In this document: in pieces, positions 1 to 10,904 of the stretch | Layout: every line of letters begins with the position of its first letter | Numbering within the stretch: position 1 is the first letter of the stretch | The notes under the pieces: model-generated | The model's database searches: none | The model's input: only the letters and a program-made list of their open reading frames with translations | Told to the model about the DNA's origin: nothing | Assembly: GCA_963798085.1 (NCBI GenBank) | Contig: CAWCRS010000007.1 | Span: 1,568,001 to 1,632,000 of the forward strand | Origin: an uncultured Gemmatimonadales bacterium | GTDB taxonomy: Bacteria > Gemmatimonadota > Gemmatimonadetes > Longimicrobiales > RSA9 | Direction of reading: 5' to 3' | DNA: 64,000 nt | Made by a program: the position numbers and the translations under genes

Positions 1-2
1 CC

Positions 3-321
3 GACGGTCTCTTCGATGTGTGCGACATTGCCGGTCTGTCTTTGCTGCGCAGTCTGGCCACCGCCGCCCGCGTGATCCGCGGCACGCATACCGGGCTCGC
101 TTGCGTGGACATGCGCCGCGCCCGCACCGTGACCATGACCGTGCCGGCAGACACGCAGCTGTTCTTCCAGCTGGATGGCGAGCTGCGCGAGCCGGCCAGC
201 GCGCGCACACTGCGTCTCGAGATCCGCGCGGGGGCGCTGCCCGTTCTCGCGACGCCCGCACCCGGGGCGGGGCAGACGGGCACATTCTGCGAATCGAGCG
301 GCGGCGCCGCACGCGCCATGA
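3..321 (+). CDS. Diacylglycerol/lipid kinase family protein, C-terminal part (5' truncated by window edge)
   Basis: DGLFDV...QLDGE motifs typical of the YegS/DAGK C-domain. As given it reads through in frame into the next gene. Deleting one T at CATTC (283-287) gives a stop at TGA 319-321 overlapping the ATG at 318. Confidence 0.7.
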
Positions 322-1091
322 GCAACGCCTTTGCCGCCGCCCAAACGCGGTGTTTGGACGCTCCGCTGGCGCCGGGGCGCGCAGCGCCGCGCCGGCGGCA
401 CGCCGTTGTCCGGCTCAGCGCCGGCATGGTGACGGCCGTCCTCGCCTGCAGCACACCGGCCCTCGCCCAGGCGCGCGCAGACTCCGCCCGCGCGGACTCG
501 CTGCAGACGCCCGCGCGCAGGGACACCGCGCAACACAGCCTTTCGCCGCGCGGCGCGATGTTCCGGTCGTTCCTGATACCAGGCTGGGGACAGGGATCGG
601 TGGGGTCCTACAAGCGCGGCGGCGTCTTCTTTGCCATCCAGGGCACGAGCTGGTACATGCTGCTGCGCACCATTGGCCGGCTCAATGACGTCAAGCACAC
701 CGAGGCGAGGCTCGTGGCGGCGGCAGCCGATTCGCTCCAGGCACTGGCCGTGCGCGATAGCGTTTTCGCGATGCGCCTGGCCGACGATTCGCTGCACATT
801 CTGCGCGACGATACGATTGCGGTGTTTCCTGGTGTCGCCACGGCAAGGAAGCTGATCGACGCGCGCAGCCAGCAGCGCCAGGACTGGATAACCTACACGC
901 TCTTCTTCACGCTGATGTCGGGCGTGGACGCCTACGTGAACGCGCACCTGCGGAATTTTCCTACGACGATCCTCTCCGAAGTGCGGCGCGACGGCAGTGT
1001 ATCGTTCAGCGTGAAGCTGGCGCTTCCCCCCTGGCGGCCGCACTCTCCGTCCAGCGCTCCAGCGAGGGTGATCCCGACGCGTCAATGGTGA
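318..1091 (+). CDS. DUF5683-like membrane/secreted protein
   Basis: SPRGAMFRSFLIPGWGQ motif and C-terminal SGVDAYVNAHL; signal-like segment. Start could be 426. Confidence 0.7.
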   Translation: MSNAFAAAQTRCLDAPLAPGRAAPRRRHAVVRLSAGMVTAVLACSTPALAQARADSARADSLQTPARRDTAQHSLSPRGAMFRSFLIPGWGQGSVGSYKRGGVFFAIQGTSWYMLLRTIGRLNDVKHTEARLVAAAADSLQALAVRDSVFAMRLADDSLHILRDDTIAVFPGVATARKLIDARSQQRQDWITYTLFFTLMSGVDAYVNAHLRNFPTTILSEVRRDGSVSFSVKLALPPWRPHSPSSAPARVIPTRQW

Positions 1092-1773
1092 TGTACGTGA
1101 AGTGACTGAGCCAGTCGCCGGCATTCATGTACCACCGGCGAGGCTCCACTTCGACGAGCGCGGGCACGTGCGAATGACCGCAGATCACCCACCCCAGTGA
1201 CAGATCCCTCGCCAGTTGCTCGCGGGACCAGCTCTCGATGAACGCGGCGCGCCCCCGCTGCTCCTCGTCCGGTTCGATCTTCGCTTCTGTGCTCGACACC
1301 GCGTGCGCCAGTTTCTGGCCCAGTTCCGGATGCAGCCAGCGGAACGCAGTGATCGCCGCGCGACTGCGAATGAACGCCTTGAGCATGCGATACTTCAGGT
1401 CGCCCTTGCCGAGCCCGTCACCGTGCGCCACCAGCGCCGGCCGGCCGCCAATCGTCATGCGGAAGGGATCCCAATGGAACGTGGCGCCCACCTCCTCACG
1501 CAGGAAGCGACCGCCCCAGGCGTCGTGATTGCCGCCCGCCAGCGTGACCGGAATGCCGGCATCGACCAGCCGGGAAAGCGCCGCCAGCACGCGATAATGC
1601 CGGCCCGGGATGATGGTGCCGTACTCGAACCAGAAGTCGAAAAGGTCACCCACCAGCAGGAGCGCGCTGCCGCTGCCGCCCACGTGCTCGAGCCAGCCGA
1701 CAAAGGCTCGTTCCGTTTCCGGTGGAACGGCACCCAGATGGATGTCCGACGCAATGTACTCGAAGCGGGGCAT
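1006..1773 (-). CDS. lpxH: UDP-2,3-diacylglucosamine diphosphatase (LpxH-like metallophosphoesterase)
   Basis: SDIHLG, GDLFDFWFEY, GNHD, HGD, GHSH and NAGDW motifs. Confidence 0.85.
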   Translation of the reverse strand: MPRFEYIASDIHLGAVPPETERAFVGWLEHVGGSGSALLLVGDLFDFWFEYGTIIPGRHYRVLAALSRLVDAGIPVTLAGGNHDAWGGRFLREEVGATFHWDPFRMTIGGRPALVAHGDGLGKGDLKYRMLKAFIRSRAAITAFRWLHPELGQKLAHAVSSTEAKIEPDEEQRGRAAFIESWSREQLARDLSLGWVICGHSHVPALVEVEPRRWYMNAGDWLSHFTYITIDASGSPSLERWTESAAARGEAPASR

Positions 1774-1890
1774 CGCGCGAAGCTACGCCGCGGCAGAACA
1801 ATGCCACAAGAGTTGCAGGCGACGACGCTTGGCGGGGTCTCGGCGGCCCGGTTATTGTTAGCCGTGAACTCAACCCGCTGGAGCCGAGCC

Positions 1891-2902
1891 ATGGCTTCCG
1901 TCCAGTCGCCGGAACGCCCCGATACCGTGCAGGCGCCGGCCCCGAACGCACACGGGCCGCGTAATCCCGGTACGCCGCTCGAGCTCGACTGGGTGCGCGA
2001 TGTGCGCGTCAATCGCAGCGCCGTCGAACGCCGCGCCGGCACGAACGGCAAACGTCGCACGGTGAAGAAGGAATGGCAGGTGGCGTGGCTGCTGCGCGCC
2101 ATTACGCTGATCGACCTCACCACGCTTTCCGGCGACGACACCGAAGGCAACGTGCGCCGGCTCTGCGCCAAGGCCAAGCAGCCGGTGCGCGAAGACATTC
2201 TCGAAGGCCTGGGCGCCGCTGCGCTGCCCATTCGCGTGGGTGCCGTTTGCGTGTATCACGCATACGTCGCGCACCGCCGTGCAGGCGCTGCACGGATCCG
2301 GCATCCCCGTCGCCGCCGTTTCCACCGGTTTCCCCGCGGGACTGAATCCGTTCCCCCAGCGCATCGCCGAGATCCGCGCGTCCGTCGAAGCGGGCGCGGA
2401 GGAAATCGATATTGTGATAACACGCGCGCACGTTCTGCGTGGCGACTGGGAATCGCTGTACCACGAAGTGCGCGCGTTCCGTCAGGCCTGCGCGGATGCT
2501 CACATGAAGACCATCCTGGCCACGGGTGAGCTGGGCACATTGCGCAATGTCGCGCGCGCCAGCCTGGTCTGCATGATGGCGGGCGCCGACTTCATCAAGA
2601 CCAGCACGGGCAAGGAATCGGTGAACGCGAACCTGCCCGTGGGCCTGGTCATGGCGAGAATGATCCGTGCGTATCAGGAAGCGACGGGTGCACGCGTAGG
2701 CCTCAAGCCCGCCGGCGGCATCCGCACCGCGAAGCAGGCGCTCGAATGGCTGCTGCTCATGAAGGAAGAGCTGGGCGACGACTGGCTGCGACCGGCGCTC
2801 TTCCGCTTCGGCGCCAGCTCGCTGCTCGGTGACATCGAACGGCAGCTCGAGTTCCATCCGACAGGCCGTTATTCCGCCGCCTGGCGCCACCCGCTGGCCT
2901 GA
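1891..2902 (+). CDS. deoC: Deoxyribose-phosphate aldolase, split by an apparent 1-nt insertion near 2270
   Basis: IDLTTLSGDDT and AVCVY in the first frame; STGFPAG, EIDIVI, GADFIKTSTGK, KPAGGIRT and RFGASSLL in the next frame. Confidence 0.9.
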
Positions 2903-2903
2903 C

Positions 2904-5300
2904 ATGACGCGCGTCGCCGGAATCTTCGAGACCATGGAGTACGGGCCCGCTCCGGAAAGCGCCGCGCCCGTCATCGAATGGCTGGAACGCCAACAGCGTG
3001 TTACCCGCCTCTTCATCGGCGGGCGCTGGCTGGAACCGGCCGACGGGGAGTACTTCGAGACCGTCAATCCGGGCAATGCGCAGCCGCTTGCGCGTGTGGC
3101 GCAGGCCGGTCCGGCGGAAGTCGACGACGCCGTCGCCGCCGCCCGCGCCGCGTTGCCTGCCTGGCAGGCCCTGAACGGACACCAGCGCGCACGCTGGCTG
3201 TACGCCATCGCCCGCCACCTGCAGAAGCACGCCCGCTTCTTCGCTGTTCTGGAATCGCTCGACAACGGCAAGCCCATCCGCGAGTCCCGCGACATCGACA
3301 TCCCGCTGGTGGCACGCCACTTCTACCACCACGCCGGCTGGGCCCAATTGCTGACAGAGGAGTTCGCAGGGTACACCGCCGTCGGGGTCGTCGGCCAGAT
3401 CATTCCCTGGAACTTCCCGCTGCTCATGCTGGCGTGGAAGATCGCGCCTGCGCTCGCGGCCGGTAACACCGTTGTTCTGAAGCCCGCCGAGTTCACGTCG
3501 CTCACTGCGCTGCGCTTCGCCGAACTGTGCCAGGACATCGGCCTGCCCGCCGGCGTGGTCAACGTCATTACCGGCGATGGTCGCGCAGGCGAGCTCCTGG
3601 TGAACCACCCCGATGTCGACAAGATCGCCTTCACCGGCTCCACCGAAGTGGGGCGCATCATTCGCACGGCCACGGCCGGCAGCGGCAAGAGGCTGTCGCT
3701 CGAGCTGGGCGGCAAGTCGCCCTTCATTGTGTACGACGATGCGGACCTGGACAGCGTGGTGGAAGGCGTGGTCGATGCCATCTGGTTCAATCAGGGACAG
3801 GTGTGCTGCGCCGGCTCGCGCATCCTCGCGCAGGAAGGCATCGCCGAACGCCTGACGGCAAAGCTCAAGGCGAGGATGGAACGGCTGCGCATGGGCGACC
3901 CGCTCGACAAGGCAGTCGACATTGGCGCCATCATCGCGCCTGTGCAGCTGCGTCGCATCGAGGAGCTGGTGCGCACAGGAGAAGCCGAAGGCGCCGCCAT
4001 CTGGCAGCCAGCATGGAGTCAGCCGCGCGAAGGTTACTTCTTCCCGCCCACGCTCTGTACCGATGTCTCGCCGGCGGCCACCATCGCGCAGGTCGAGATC
4101 TTCGGACCCGTCGTCGTGCTCATGACGTTCCGCACGCCCGCCGAATCGGTCGAGCTCGCGAACAACACCCGCTACGGCCTGGCCGCCTCACTCTGGACCG
4201 AGAACGTCAACCTCGCACTCGACATTGCGCCGAAGATCAAGGCCGGCACGGTCTGGGTGAACTGCACCAACGTCTTCGATGCGGCCTCCGGCTTCGGCGG
4301 CTATCGCGAGAGCGGGTTCGGCCGCGAGGGCGGCCGCGAAGGCATGTGGGAATACCTGAAGCCGGAGTGGGAAACCAGGACGAACCACCCATCGTCGCCT
4401 GAAATCCAGCAGCCACAACCGGAGCCGACGACGGCGCGCCGAGATGGCGGCAGGGTGCCGCTGGACCGCACGCCCAAACTCTACATTGGCGGAACGCAGC
4501 AGCGCCCGGATCAGGGCTACAGCCGCGCCGTGCACGGCGCGCACGGACAGCATCTCGGCGAAGTGGGTCAGGGCAACCGCAAGGACATCCGTGACGCTGT
4601 GGAAGCAGCGCACGCGGCGAACCGCTGGGCCGCCGCCACGGCGCACAACCGGGCGCAGGTGCTCTACTACATTGCCGAGAATCTGTCCGCGCGGCGCAGT
4701 GATTTCGCCGCGCTGCTGGCGTCCATGTCGGGGAATGCGACGGCTGCAGGCGACGAAGTCGAGGCCGCGATCCGGCGCATCTTCACGTACGCCGCATACG
4801 CCGACAAATGGGACGGCGCCGTGCACCACACGCCCTTCCGCAATGTGACGCTGGCCATGCCCGAGCCGTTGGGTGTGCTCGGCATCATCTGCGCGGACGC
4901 CTGGCCGCTGCTCGGCTTCGTGTCGGCTGTGCTGCCCGCCGTGGCCATGGGTAACACCGTTGTCAGCGTGCCCTCGGAGCGCGCGCCCCTTGCCGCGACC
5001 GAGCTGTACCAGGTGCTGGACACGTCCGATGTGCCGGGCGGTGTAATAAACATCGTCACCGGCGCACGCGCCGAACTGGTATCCGTACTGGCTGCACACG
5101 ACGACGTGGATGGCATTTGGTATTTCGCGGAAGATGCGGGCGGCGCCGCCGCCGTGGAGCGGCTTTCCGCAGGCAACATGAAGCGCACATGGGTCGGCTA
5201 CGCCGGCCGTGACTGGAGCGACGACAGTCAGGCGCAAGGCCACGAATTCCTGCGCCGCGCCACGCAGATCAAGAACATCTGGATTCCGTACGGCGAGTGA
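2904..5300 (+). CDS. Aldehyde dehydrogenase with a second partial ALDH domain (ALDH16-like)
   Basis: PWNFP, FTGSTEVG, LELGGKSP, catalytic GQVCCAG and EIFGPV; second NAD-binding-like domain after a linker; about 798 aa. Confidence 0.9.
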   Translation: MTRVAGIFETMEYGPAPESAAPVIEWLERQQRVTRLFIGGRWLEPADGEYFETVNPGNAQPLARVAQAGPAEVDDAVAAARAALPAWQALNGHQRARWLYAIARHLQKHARFFAVLESLDNGKPIRESRDIDIPLVARHFYHHAGWAQLLTEEFAGYTAVGVVGQIIPWNFPLLMLAWKIAPALAAGNTVVLKPAEFTSLTALRFAELCQDIGLPAGVVNVITGDGRAGELLVNHPDVDKIAFTGSTEVGRIIRTATAGSGKRLSLELGGKSPFIVYDDADLDSVVEGVVDAIWFNQGQVCCAGSRILAQEGIAERLTAKLKARMERLRMGDPLDKAVDIGAIIAPVQLRRIEELVRTGEAEGAAIWQPAWSQPREGYFFPPTLCTDVSPAATIAQVEIFGPVVVLMTFRTPAESVELANNTRYGLAASLWTENVNLALDIAPKIKAGTVWVNCTNVFDAASGFGGYRESGFGREGGREGMWEYLKPEWETRTNHPSSPEIQQPQPEPTTARRDGGRVPLDRTPKLYIGGTQQRPDQGYSRAVHGAHGQHLGEVGQGNRKDIRDAVEAAHAANRWAAATAHNRAQVLYYIAENLSARRSDFAALLASMSGNATAAGDEVEAAIRRIFTYAAYADKWDGAVHHTPFRNVTLAMPEPLGVLGIICADAWPLLGFVSAVLPAVAMGNTVVSVPSERAPLAATELYQVLDTSDVPGGVINIVTGARAELVSVLAAHDDVDGIWYFAEDAGGAAAVERLSAGNMKRTWVGYAGRDWSDDSQAQGHEFLRRATQIKNIWIPYGE

Positions 5301-5716
5301 ACGGTCGCGCGTGTATCTCCGAAGTACGCGTACGGTATGCCGAGACCGACCAGATGGGTGTTGTCTATCATGCGCATTACCTGGTCTGGTGTGAGATCGG
5401 CCGCACGGACTACATCCGCCAGCTGGGACTGCCGTACGCCACTCTCGAGCGCGACGGACTGCGCCTGGCCGTGGCCGAGGCCACGGTGCGCTACGCGGCA
5501 CCCGCCCGGTATGACGATATCGTGCACATTCACACGCGCCTGGAGCGCGTCCAGTCGCGCATTGTAACCTTCGGTTATGAGCTGCTCCGTATGGATCCCG
5601 GCGCGCCCGTGCGCATCGCCACTGCGGCCACCCGCCTGATCGCGCTGGATGCAGGGGGCGGAACGCGCACATTGCCGGAAGCACTCGTGCAGAGGTTCCG
5701 TGAGAAGCTGGCGTAG
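5297..5716 (+). CDS. Acyl-CoA thioesterase (YbgC/FadM family)
   Basis: RVRYAETDQMGVVYHAHYLVWCEIGR motif. Confidence 0.9.
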   Translation: MNGRACISEVRVRYAETDQMGVVYHAHYLVWCEIGRTDYIRQLGLPYATLERDGLRLAVAEATVRYAAPARYDDIVHIHTRLERVQSRIVTFGYELLRMDPGAPVRIATAATRLIALDAGGGTRTLPEALVQRFREKLA

Positions 5717-7814
5717 CCAGCCGGGGTTGTTCCTGCTGCTGGCGGCCGCCTGCGCCGGTTACGCGCCGCCTCCCGCCGTGGCGCCGCCACCGCCGGCACC
5801 CGATAACAGGGTGCTTCGCCCGGCAACCGTCGTGCTCTCGGAGGCCGAGATCCGTGCCGTGGCCGAGCTGATGCAGCTGGAGGACCAGCGTCTGCTGGAT
5901 TCGGCCCGCGTGGCGGAGCTGCTGCACCACTGGAGTCCGGAAGTGCGCCGCCGCGCCGCGCTGACCGCGGGCCGTGTGGGCGATCATCGGGCCACACCAC
6001 TGCTGCGCGAGGCGCTCTCGGATACGTTGCAATCGGTGGCGGTCGAGGCCGCGTTCGCACTGGGCAAACTGGGCGACACCTCCGCCGTCGCCCTCACTGC
6101 CCTCGCCGATGCCCTGCCGCTGCACCCGGATGACTCGGTGGGCGTCGAAATCGTGACGGCGCTCGCCAAACTGGGCACGGGCCGCGCATTCAATCTGCTT
6201 AATGCGGAGTTAGGAGAAGCGCGGTCAGGCGCGACGGCCCGCGTGCTGAACCTGGCCCGCCGGGAGGCGCTGCTGCAGCTCTGGCGCTTCTCCAGCGCGG
6301 GCCAGGTGCTGAATGCGGTGACACCCTGGCTGAGCCATGCCGATGCCGATGTGCGCTGGCGTGCGGCCTACGCCATGGTGCGGGGCGGCATGCCGGGCGC
6401 CGCGCCACACCTTCTGCGCCTCGTGAAGGACGCGAACGCGGACGTGCGCGGGCTCGCGCTGCGCGGGTTGCGACCCACCGCCACGGACTCATCGCTGGTC
6501 CGACCGGAAGCCCGCGCCGCCCTCACCGGAGCGCTGCACGATGCGGAACCGCACGTGCGCATCAACGCGCTGAGCATGCTCGCTGGCTACCGCGACACGG
6601 GTGTTGCGGATTCCGTCGCGAGACTGCTCCACGATGCCGATGCCAATGTGCAGCTGGCTGCTGCGCAGGCACTGGGAACGCTGCGCGAGCCCGGCGCCGC
6701 CTCCGACCTTTCCGCCGTCGCGGCGGATAACGTCCGGAGGTTCGGTGTGCGGGCCGCGGCGCTCACCGCGCTCATGGCTGTCGATGCGCGGGCCGGAACC
6801 GCGGAGGCCCGGCGCTGGGCTTCCAGCACGCGCTGGCTGGCACGGTGGTACGCGGCGCGTACGCTGGGCGCGGGCCGCTGGCCCGAAACACAGGAATCCC
6901 TCGGCGGGCTCGCTACCGATGCCGATGCGCGGGTAGCCCGCGCTGCCCTGGGAGCGGTTCCGCGGGCGGCGGACACCACCGCAGAGGCCTACGCGTTCTA
7001 TCTCCAGGGCCTGCGTGCGCGCGATCCGGGCGTGCGCGCTGCCGCCATCGCGGGTATCGGCCGGCGACACGCGGCGGAGAATCTGCCGGCCCTCATGGAT
7101 GCGTACGACCGGGCACAGCAGGATTCCGTTCCCGATGCGGCCATTGCGGCCGTGGACGCGCTGGCCCAACTGAGTCAGGCAGGCGTGCCGGTAGAGAATG
7201 CGTTCTTCGCCCGCTTCCCGGCGCCGTCGAATCCACAGCTGCGCCGGCGCATCGAAACGCGGTTCCGCCGCAAGCTCCCCGGCGAGAACGCCGAGCCGGA
7301 GCGGCATGGCGCCGCGTGGTACGAGAACATCGTGCGCACACTCGTCGCTCCGGTGCTCGCAGGCCAGCCCGCGCCACGGCTGCGCCTCGTCACCGAGCAG
7401 GGCGAAATAACAGTCGAGCTCGCTGCGGCGGACGCCCCACTCACGGTCGACAACATCATCACACTCGTGGAACGCGGATACTTCGACCCCGGCAATGATC
7501 CTGACTCGCGACGCTGGCACCGCGTGGTGCCCAACTTCGTGCTGCAGGACGGAGATCCACGTGGCGATGGTGGTGGCGGGCCGGGATACGCCATACGCGA
7601 CGAGATCAATCGCCGGCGCTACGAGCGCGGTGTGCTCGGAATGGCGCTTTCCGGACCGGACACGGGCGGCAGCCAGTTCTTCATCACCCACTCGCCGCAA
7701 CCACATCTGGACGGCGGGTATACGATATTCGGCCGGGTGGTGAGCGGCATGGACGTGGCGGATCGGGTCGTGCAGGATGACCGCATTTCCCGCATGGAGA
7801 TCATACGGCCATGA
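5700..7814 (+). CDS. HEAT-repeat lipoprotein with C-terminal cyclophilin-type peptidyl-prolyl isomerase
   Basis: Lipobox LAAAC; repeated D.DVR..AA HEAT units; HRVVPNFVLQDGDP and GGSQFFIT..QPHLDGGYTIFG. Start (GTG 5700) is uncertain. Confidence 0.85.
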   Translation: MRSWRSQPGLFLLLAAACAGYAPPPAVAPPPPAPDNRVLRPATVVLSEAEIRAVAELMQLEDQRLLDSARVAELLHHWSPEVRRRAALTAGRVGDHRATPLLREALSDTLQSVAVEAAFALGKLGDTSAVALTALADALPLHPDDSVGVEIVTALAKLGTGRAFNLLNAELGEARSGATARVLNLARREALLQLWRFSSAGQVLNAVTPWLSHADADVRWRAAYAMVRGGMPGAAPHLLRLVKDANADVRGLALRGLRPTATDSSLVRPEARAALTGALHDAEPHVRINALSMLAGYRDTGVADSVARLLHDADANVQLAAAQALGTLREPGAASDLSAVAADNVRRFGVRAAALTALMAVDARAGTAEARRWASSTRWLARWYAARTLGAGRWPETQESLGGLATDADARVARAALGAVPRAADTTAEAYAFYLQGLRARDPGVRAAAIAGIGRRHAAENLPALMDAYDRAQQDSVPDAAIAAVDALAQLSQAGVPVENAFFARFPAPSNPQLRRRIETRFRRKLPGENAEPERHGAAWYENIVRTLVAPVLAGQPAPRLRLVTEQGEITVELAAADAPLTVDNIITLVERGYFDPGNDPDSRRWHRVVPNFVLQDGDPRGDGGGGPGYAIRDEINRRRYERGVLGMALSGPDTGGSQFFITHSPQPHLDGGYTIFGRVVSGMDVADRVVQDDRISRMEIIRP

Positions 7815-10807
7815 AGCGAGCGGCGTGTTTGCTCGGTTTGTGCGCCGCGCTGTACGGCAGCGCCGCAGCGCAGACCGTGCCCTTCGGCAAGAACAAGATC
7901 CAGTACCAGGACTTCGACTGGCGCATTATCAGCAGCGCCCACGTCGAGGTCTATTACTATCCACAGGAAGAGGCCGTGGCCCGCCGCGCGCTCGCCTATG
8001 CGGAGGAGGACTACGCCTTCCTCGAGCGCAAGTTCCGCCACCACCCGTTCCAGCGTATTCCACTTGTCATCTACTGCTCCGACCAGGATTTCGAGCAGAC
8101 CAATGTGCTGCCCGGCTTTATTCCCGAAGGCGTGCTGGGTTTCACCGAATACCTGAAGCGACGCGTCACGCTGCCGTTCCGCGGCGACTACGAACAGTTC
8201 CGGCACACGCTGCGCCACGAGCTGGTGCACGCATTCCAGCTCTCCAAACTGGGCGAGGCGCAGACGCTCTATCCGCGGCAGCGTGGTGAATCGCCGCAGA
8301 ACATTCACTGGTGGACGGAGGGGCTCGCGGAGTTCTGGTCCAGCGAGCAGGACAGCGAAGATGAGATGTACGTGCGCGATCTGGTGGTGCGTGGCAGGCT
8401 GCCCACCATCCGCCAGTTCGATCGCATGTACACGTTTTTTTCCTATCCACTGGGCGCGGAACTGCACAAATACCTGAGCCAGCGCTTCGGTGAGCAGTAC
8501 ATCGTCCGCATGTACGAGGAGTACCGCCGCTACGATTCGTTCGAGAAGGCGCTCGAAGGCATCCTGGGCGAGGATCTCGACAAGCTGTCGCGGGAGTGGA
8601 AGTACGCGCTCGAGCAGCGCTTCATGCCCGCGTACGCCGAGCGCCCGCCGCTCGATATCGGCAGCCAGCGCGTGGTCTGGAAGGGAGGCGCCAACTTCAA
8701 GCCGGTGATCTGGCGGGAACCGGGATCAGACACCGACTGGCTGTTCTTCCTCTCGCCGCGCGATGGCTACACCGATCTCTACCGCACGCGGCCCGATGCG
8801 GGCGAGCGCGATGTCCAGACCATCGTGAAGGGCGAGCGCTCCGCCGAGTTCGAATCGTTCCACGCCTACGAATCCGGCATCACGATCAGTCATGGCGGCG
8901 TCATCGCATTCGTATCCCGGTTCCTCGATCGCGATGCGCTGCTCCTGTGGAATATCAAGGAGCGCCGGGTCGTGGGACGGTACCAGTGGGATGATCTGGT
9001 CGGGCTGAAATCGCCATCCTGGGATCCCGCGGGGAAACGCGTCGTGTTCGAGGGCCTCTCCACCAGCGGCTTCTCCGATCTCTACACGTACGACTTTTCC
9101 ACGCAGCAGCGCGTCGCCCTGACGCACGACCTCTACCGTGATGAGGATCCCGACTGGTCGCCCGACGGTGCCTCCATTGTGTTCTCGTCCGATCGCACAA
9201 CGACCGGTGCGGTCGGGAACAGCAACCTGATCGTGCTCAATGCACGCAGCGGGGCGCTGCGCTTCCTGACCTACGGGCCCTGGCACGATCGCTCGCCCCG
9301 CTGGGCGCCCGACGGAAACCATGTCGCGTTCACATCCGACCGCGGCGGCACCTTCGACGTCTACGAGGTCAATGCGGCCGGCAACGGCCGGCGCCTCACA
9401 GCCATGACCGGCGGCGCCTTCGATCCCGAATGGACCACCGATCAGAAGAGCATTGTGTACGGCGGCTTCCAGGACGCGTCGTTCGCCATCTACCGCGCCG
9501 ACGTGAAGCCGGACAGCCTGGCGCCGCGCCTCGCGCTCGGTGCCGCGCCCTCGCCGGCCAATGGTAACACGCTGTTGGCGGATGCTGACGCGGCGCAGCA
9601 GGACGGCGAGCCCGTGACCGGCTGGCGCTGGGACCGCGGTGGGCAGGCGGGTGTGGCGGCCAGCACACTGCAGCCCCGCCGCTACACCACGTGGAATCGC
9701 TTCACGCTCGATTTTGCCGCCGCCAATGCGCTCGTGGCCCCCGGACTGGGTGCCGCGCAGGGCGCCCAATTCCTGCTCACCGACCTGCTCGGCGACCACA
9801 TGATCTTCGGTGGCTTCTCCGCCGCGCAGTTCAACGGACTGAGCAACCTGGTCGACAACTTCAGTGGCAACCTGCTGTACCTGAACCTGAAGAACCGGCT
9901 CAATTACGGCGCCGGCCTGTTCCGCTTCAAGGGTCGCTTCCGCAATGTCACGCTTAACCTCTACGACGAGGAGTCCTTCGGCGGCTATTTCCTTGCCAGC
10001 TACCCCTTCTCCCGCTTCCGGCGCGTCGAATTCCAGCTGGGTATGGAGCGCAGCAACCGGGAGGACCTGCACGATGCCTTCGAAGACGGCATCTTCGGAA
10101 CCACGACGCGCATTGACTCGCTCGATCTCACCCGCCGCGGTTTCCTGACAACGAATTACGTGTCGTACGTCAAGGACAACACGCTCTGGCTGCCCACCGG
10201 GCCGGTCAATGGCGAACGCTACAATCTCACACTGGGCCTGATCAGCTGCTTCACGTGCACATCGCCCAGTCCCGTGACCGGCGAGCCGGTGCGGCGCTCC
10301 GCCGTTGGGGAGAGCTTCATCATCACAGGCGATTATCGACGGTATTTCCGGACCTCGCTGCACAGTGCCTACGCCGTGCGCGCGTTCGCATTCTGGAGCG
10401 CAGGCGCGATTCCCGGCCGCACGGTACTGGGTGGCACGAGCATGCTGCGCGGCTACCCGCGCTTTTCGCTGGCGGGTTCGCGGGTCTGGCTGATCAACCA
10501 GGAATGGCGCTTCCCGCTGCTCGAGGATCTGAGCCTCGGTTTCCCCTTCGGCACACTGCGCATGCCGGGCGTGCAGGGCGCGCTTTTCACCGACCTCGGC
10601 ACCAGCTGGCTGGAATCACAGAAAGGAGCGGGTGGGTCCTGGGGCAGCTACGGCGTCGGCTTCCGCTCATCGCTCGGGCCTCCGCTCGTGCTCCGGCTCG
10701 ACGTGGGTCGGCGCTACCGCATCGGTTCAACGCCTCCCGTGATCTTCGGCGGCGGCCACGGCTTCAACGATACCTTCGTCGACTTCTTCTTCGGCTTCAA
10801 CTACTGA
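7811..10807 (+). CDS. Omp85-family outer-membrane protein with N-terminal HExxH peptidase-like domain and PD40/TolB-like propeller
   Basis: Signal peptide; HELVH...TEGLAE; PDWSPDG-type repeats; LRGY and C-terminal aromatic beta-signal FFFGFNY. Confidence 0.8.
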   Translation: MKRAACLLGLCAALYGSAAAQTVPFGKNKIQYQDFDWRIISSAHVEVYYYPQEEAVARRALAYAEEDYAFLERKFRHHPFQRIPLVIYCSDQDFEQTNVLPGFIPEGVLGFTEYLKRRVTLPFRGDYEQFRHTLRHELVHAFQLSKLGEAQTLYPRQRGESPQNIHWWTEGLAEFWSSEQDSEDEMYVRDLVVRGRLPTIRQFDRMYTFFSYPLGAELHKYLSQRFGEQYIVRMYEEYRRYDSFEKALEGILGEDLDKLSREWKYALEQRFMPAYAERPPLDIGSQRVVWKGGANFKPVIWREPGSDTDWLFFLSPRDGYTDLYRTRPDAGERDVQTIVKGERSAEFESFHAYESGITISHGGVIAFVSRFLDRDALLLWNIKERRVVGRYQWDDLVGLKSPSWDPAGKRVVFEGLSTSGFSDLYTYDFSTQQRVALTHDLYRDEDPDWSPDGASIVFSSDRTTTGAVGNSNLIVLNARSGALRFLTYGPWHDRSPRWAPDGNHVAFTSDRGGTFDVYEVNAAGNGRRLTAMTGGAFDPEWTTDQKSIVYGGFQDASFAIYRADVKPDSLAPRLALGAAPSPANGNTLLADADAAQQDGEPVTGWRWDRGGQAGVAASTLQPRRYTTWNRFTLDFAAANALVAPGLGAAQGAQFLLTDLLGDHMIFGGFSAAQFNGLSNLVDNFSGNLLYLNLKNRLNYGAGLFRFKGRFRNVTLNLYDEESFGGYFLASYPFSRFRRVEFQLGMERSNREDLHDAFEDGIFGTTTRIDSLDLTRRGFLTTNYVSYVKDNTLWLPTGPVNGERYNLTLGLISCFTCTSPSPVTGEPVRRSAVGESFIITGDYRRYFRTSLHSAYAVRAFAFWSAGAIPGRTVLGGTSMLRGYPRFSLAGSRVWLINQEWRFPLLEDLSLGFPFGTLRMPGVQGALFTDLGTSWLESQKGAGGSWGSYGVGFRSSLGPPLVLRLDVGRRYRIGSTPPVIFGGGHGFNDTFVDFFFGFNY

Positions 10808-10904
10808 GCCTGAACGCACACGCACTGTCTCGATCAGGAGCCGGATCCGACGGAATCACGAACGGCAAGGACCGCATGGTGCGTGGTACGGGTAGTTTTC
10901 CCCC

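Noticed and set aside
18..1091. Apparent lipid kinase-DUF5683 fusion protein
   Set aside because: A one-base correction at CATTC 283-287 gives a stop overlapping the internal ATG (ATGA), and an internal signal-like segment argues for two genes.
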